Shown: piece after piece, positions 20,141-21,313 of the stretch
Numbering within the stretch: the first letter of the stretch is position 1
How the letters are laid out: each line of letters starts with the position of its first letter
Virus genome (UHGV): UHGV-0231970
Origin: a virus
Reading direction: 5' to 3' (one strand)
DNA length: 21,313 nucleotides
The notes under the pieces: generated by a model
The model's input: only the letters and a program-made list of their open reading frames with translations
Database searches by the model: none
Told to the model about the DNA's origin: nothing
Position numbers and translations under genes: made by a program

Positions 20141-20319
20141 GGCGGAATATATGCGTCAACTTCACCAATAAATTCATTAGTTCCGGCCAGCAGATTATAA
20201 ATTTTTATGGTCCGTGGTTGTTCATTCATTCTGAATGCCATTATGCAAGCCTCACAATATAGTTAAATGCGATGTTTTTGACGGTGTTTTCCGCGTTACC
20301 AGCAGCGTTAACGGTGATG
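20032..20319 (-). other. 288-bp segment between the inverted repeats, carrying the canonical stf 3' end (...[25 protein letters not shown]) and tfa codons 1-~69 on the - strand
   Basis: - strand ORFs 20241..20453 and 19993..20241: the first ends ...[31 protein letters not shown] (lambda Stf C-terminus); the second begins [27 protein letters not shown]... (lambda Tfa N-terminus). They are joined by a TAATG stop/start overlap at 20239-20243. Confidence 0.85.
20035..20241 (-). pseudogene. tfa: tfa' : N-terminal fragment of the tail fibre assembly protein Tfa (about 69 homologous codons, then runs into the antisense of the left repeat)
   Basis: ORF 19993..20241 (-): [70 protein letters not shown] matches the lambda Tfa N-terminus; the remaining 12 residues ([12 protein letters not shown]) are antisense of the stf His-box codons. 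No Tfa C-terminal part anywhere in the window. Confidence 0.8.
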
Positions 20320-20397
20320 GTATGTCCATGTGAACCAATCGCAACGGAGTGCGTATGAGCACCAATACCGACAGTATGTGCGTGTGCACCTGCGCTT
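20320..20397 (+). repeat. Right copy of the perfect 78-bp inverted repeat
   Basis: Exact reverse complement of 19954-20031; on the - strand it encodes [25 protein letters not shown] in the stf frame. Confidence 0.9.
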
Positions 20398-20529
20398 CCG
20401 TGTCTTATCTTCATCATCAACAACGATAAAAATTTTCCCGGTATAGCCAGCACGACGCAACGTCCGGTAAGTCAGAACTTTGTCCGGTCGCCCGTGAGTC
20501 AGAATAAAGGCGCAAAAATCATCACGCAT
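20398..20529 (-). pseudogene. 5' fragment (about 42 codons) of an unidentified gene, truncated at the right inverted-repeat boundary
   Basis: - strand ATG at 20529-20527 preceded by GGAGGAGGA, overlapping the upstream stop as ATGCGTGA. Product [42 protein letters not shown], then the frame enters the repeat and becomes Cys/Arg-rich nonsense (ORF 20308..20550). The pattern I-x-T-x-x-R-P-D ... I-x-V-V-D-D is reminiscent of a GT-A-fold glycosyltransferase N-terminus, but this is weak. Confidence 0.45.
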
Positions 20530-21313
20530 ATTCCTCCTCCTCACCACCATGCATGATCTCCACCATGCGCTGCGTCATCCGGACAAATCCATTTTCAATA
20601 GCCTGCTGATAATCAATGATCACCAGCGCCGACTCCTCGAAAAAACACTGAATTTCAGAGGGGGCGTGAGCGTAATAGTCCGCAATTCTGCTGAAATTAA
20701 ACACCGTGTGACGTTCTGCCGCACACAGGAGGAATTTCTCAATATCAGGCTCAAGGGACGCCGAACGTATCCGGCTGATCAGCTCCTGAGTTTTCGTATC
20801 GTCGTACAGTTCACTGATATCCGGTTTACCGCCCGACGGCTCATAAACAGGCGTATCAATTTTCGTCGTATACGGCTCCTCCTCATTTCCTGTACCGGGC
20901 AAAACATCCGTCAACAGTTCATCAATTTCTGTCGGGATGAAGCCTGTCAGGGAGACATCAAAATCAGCATTGATTAGGTCCGACAGCTCCATCCGCAACA
21001 GATCTTCATCCCAGCCAGCATTCATCGGCAGGCGATTATCTGCCAGGCGGTACGCCTTTTTCTGCTCATCCGTCAGGCCAGACAGAACAATGACCGGAAC
21101 AGAATCCATTTTGAGCATTTCAGCCGCCATAACACGACCGTGACCCGCAATAATTTCGCCCTTTTCGTCAATCAGCACCGGATTAGTCCAGCCGAATTGC
21201 TTAATACTTTCTACCAGTTGTGCCACCTGCTCAGGGCTGTGCGTCCTGGCGTTGTGCGCATACGGTGACAATTCTTGTAATGGGCGATAGACTATCTTTA
21301 ATTTCTCGCTCAT
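20522..21313 (-). CDS. ParB N-terminal-domain (ParB/sulfiredoxin-like nuclease fold) protein; start codon lies exactly at the window edge
   Basis: ORF 20522..21313 (-), 263 aa. Motifs typical of ParB-like domains: LSPYAHNARTH, IAGHGRVMAA (GxxR box), AYRLADNRL. Acidic C-terminal tail (GGEEEEYA) whose codons form the SD of the next gene. Cannot tell whether the protein extends beyond the window. Confidence 0.7.
   Translation of the reverse strand: MSEKLKIVYRPLQELSPYAHNARTHSPEQVAQLVESIKQFGWTNPVLIDEKGEIIAGHGRVMAAEMLKMDSVPVIVLSGLTDEQKKAYRLADNRLPMNAGWDEDLLRMELSDLINADFDVSLTGFIPTEIDELLTDVLPGTGNEEEPYTTKIDTPVYEPSGGKPDISELYDDTKTQELISRIRSASLEPDIEKFLLCAAERHTVFNFSRIADYYAHAPSEIQCFFEESALVIIDYQQAIENGFVRMTQRMVEIMHGGEEEEYA

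Noticed and set aside
20044-20262. 72-aa + strand ORF downstream of stf ([19 protein letters not shown]...)
   Set aside because: It is the antisense of the tfa fragment, Cys-rich with no motif; spurious.
19954-20397. Gin/Hin/Pin-type crossover sites (AAACC..GGTTT cores) at the inverted-repeat boundaries
   Set aside because: I looked for the characteristic 26-bp dyad at both repeat ends and found none, and there is no invertase gene in the window; so I do not claim a Din-family invertible segment, only an inverted-repeat-bounded inversion.

Overview
This window is the late (morphogenetic) region of a lambda-like siphovirus or prophage of an enterobacterial host, almost all on the + strand. 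The ORF translations are recognisable, from memory and not from a search, as lambda head and tail proteins in canonical order: B (5' partial), C with nested Nu3, D, E, FI, FII, Z, U, V, G and the G-T frameshift product, H, M, L, K, I, J, then the lom moron and a long side-tail-fibre gene (stf). The head-to-tail-tip module looks conserved; the distal end is mosaic: the J C-terminus diverges, Lom is a variant, and stf carries an AT-rich central segment. The most unusual structure is at the 3' end of stf: two perfect 78-bp inverted repeats (19954-20031 and 20320-20397) flank a 288-bp segment that holds the canonical stf 3' end and the first ~69 codons of tfa in inverted orientation. As sequenced, Stf ends in 35 residues read antisense to tfa, and no intact tfa is present. 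To the right, on the - strand, a ParB-like gene is translationally coupled to a downstream gene that is cut off after 42 codons at the repeat boundary. No tRNA, CRISPR array, integrase or invertase gene was seen in the window. All homology statements are from recall of lambda proteins and need confirmation by BLAST/HMM searches.
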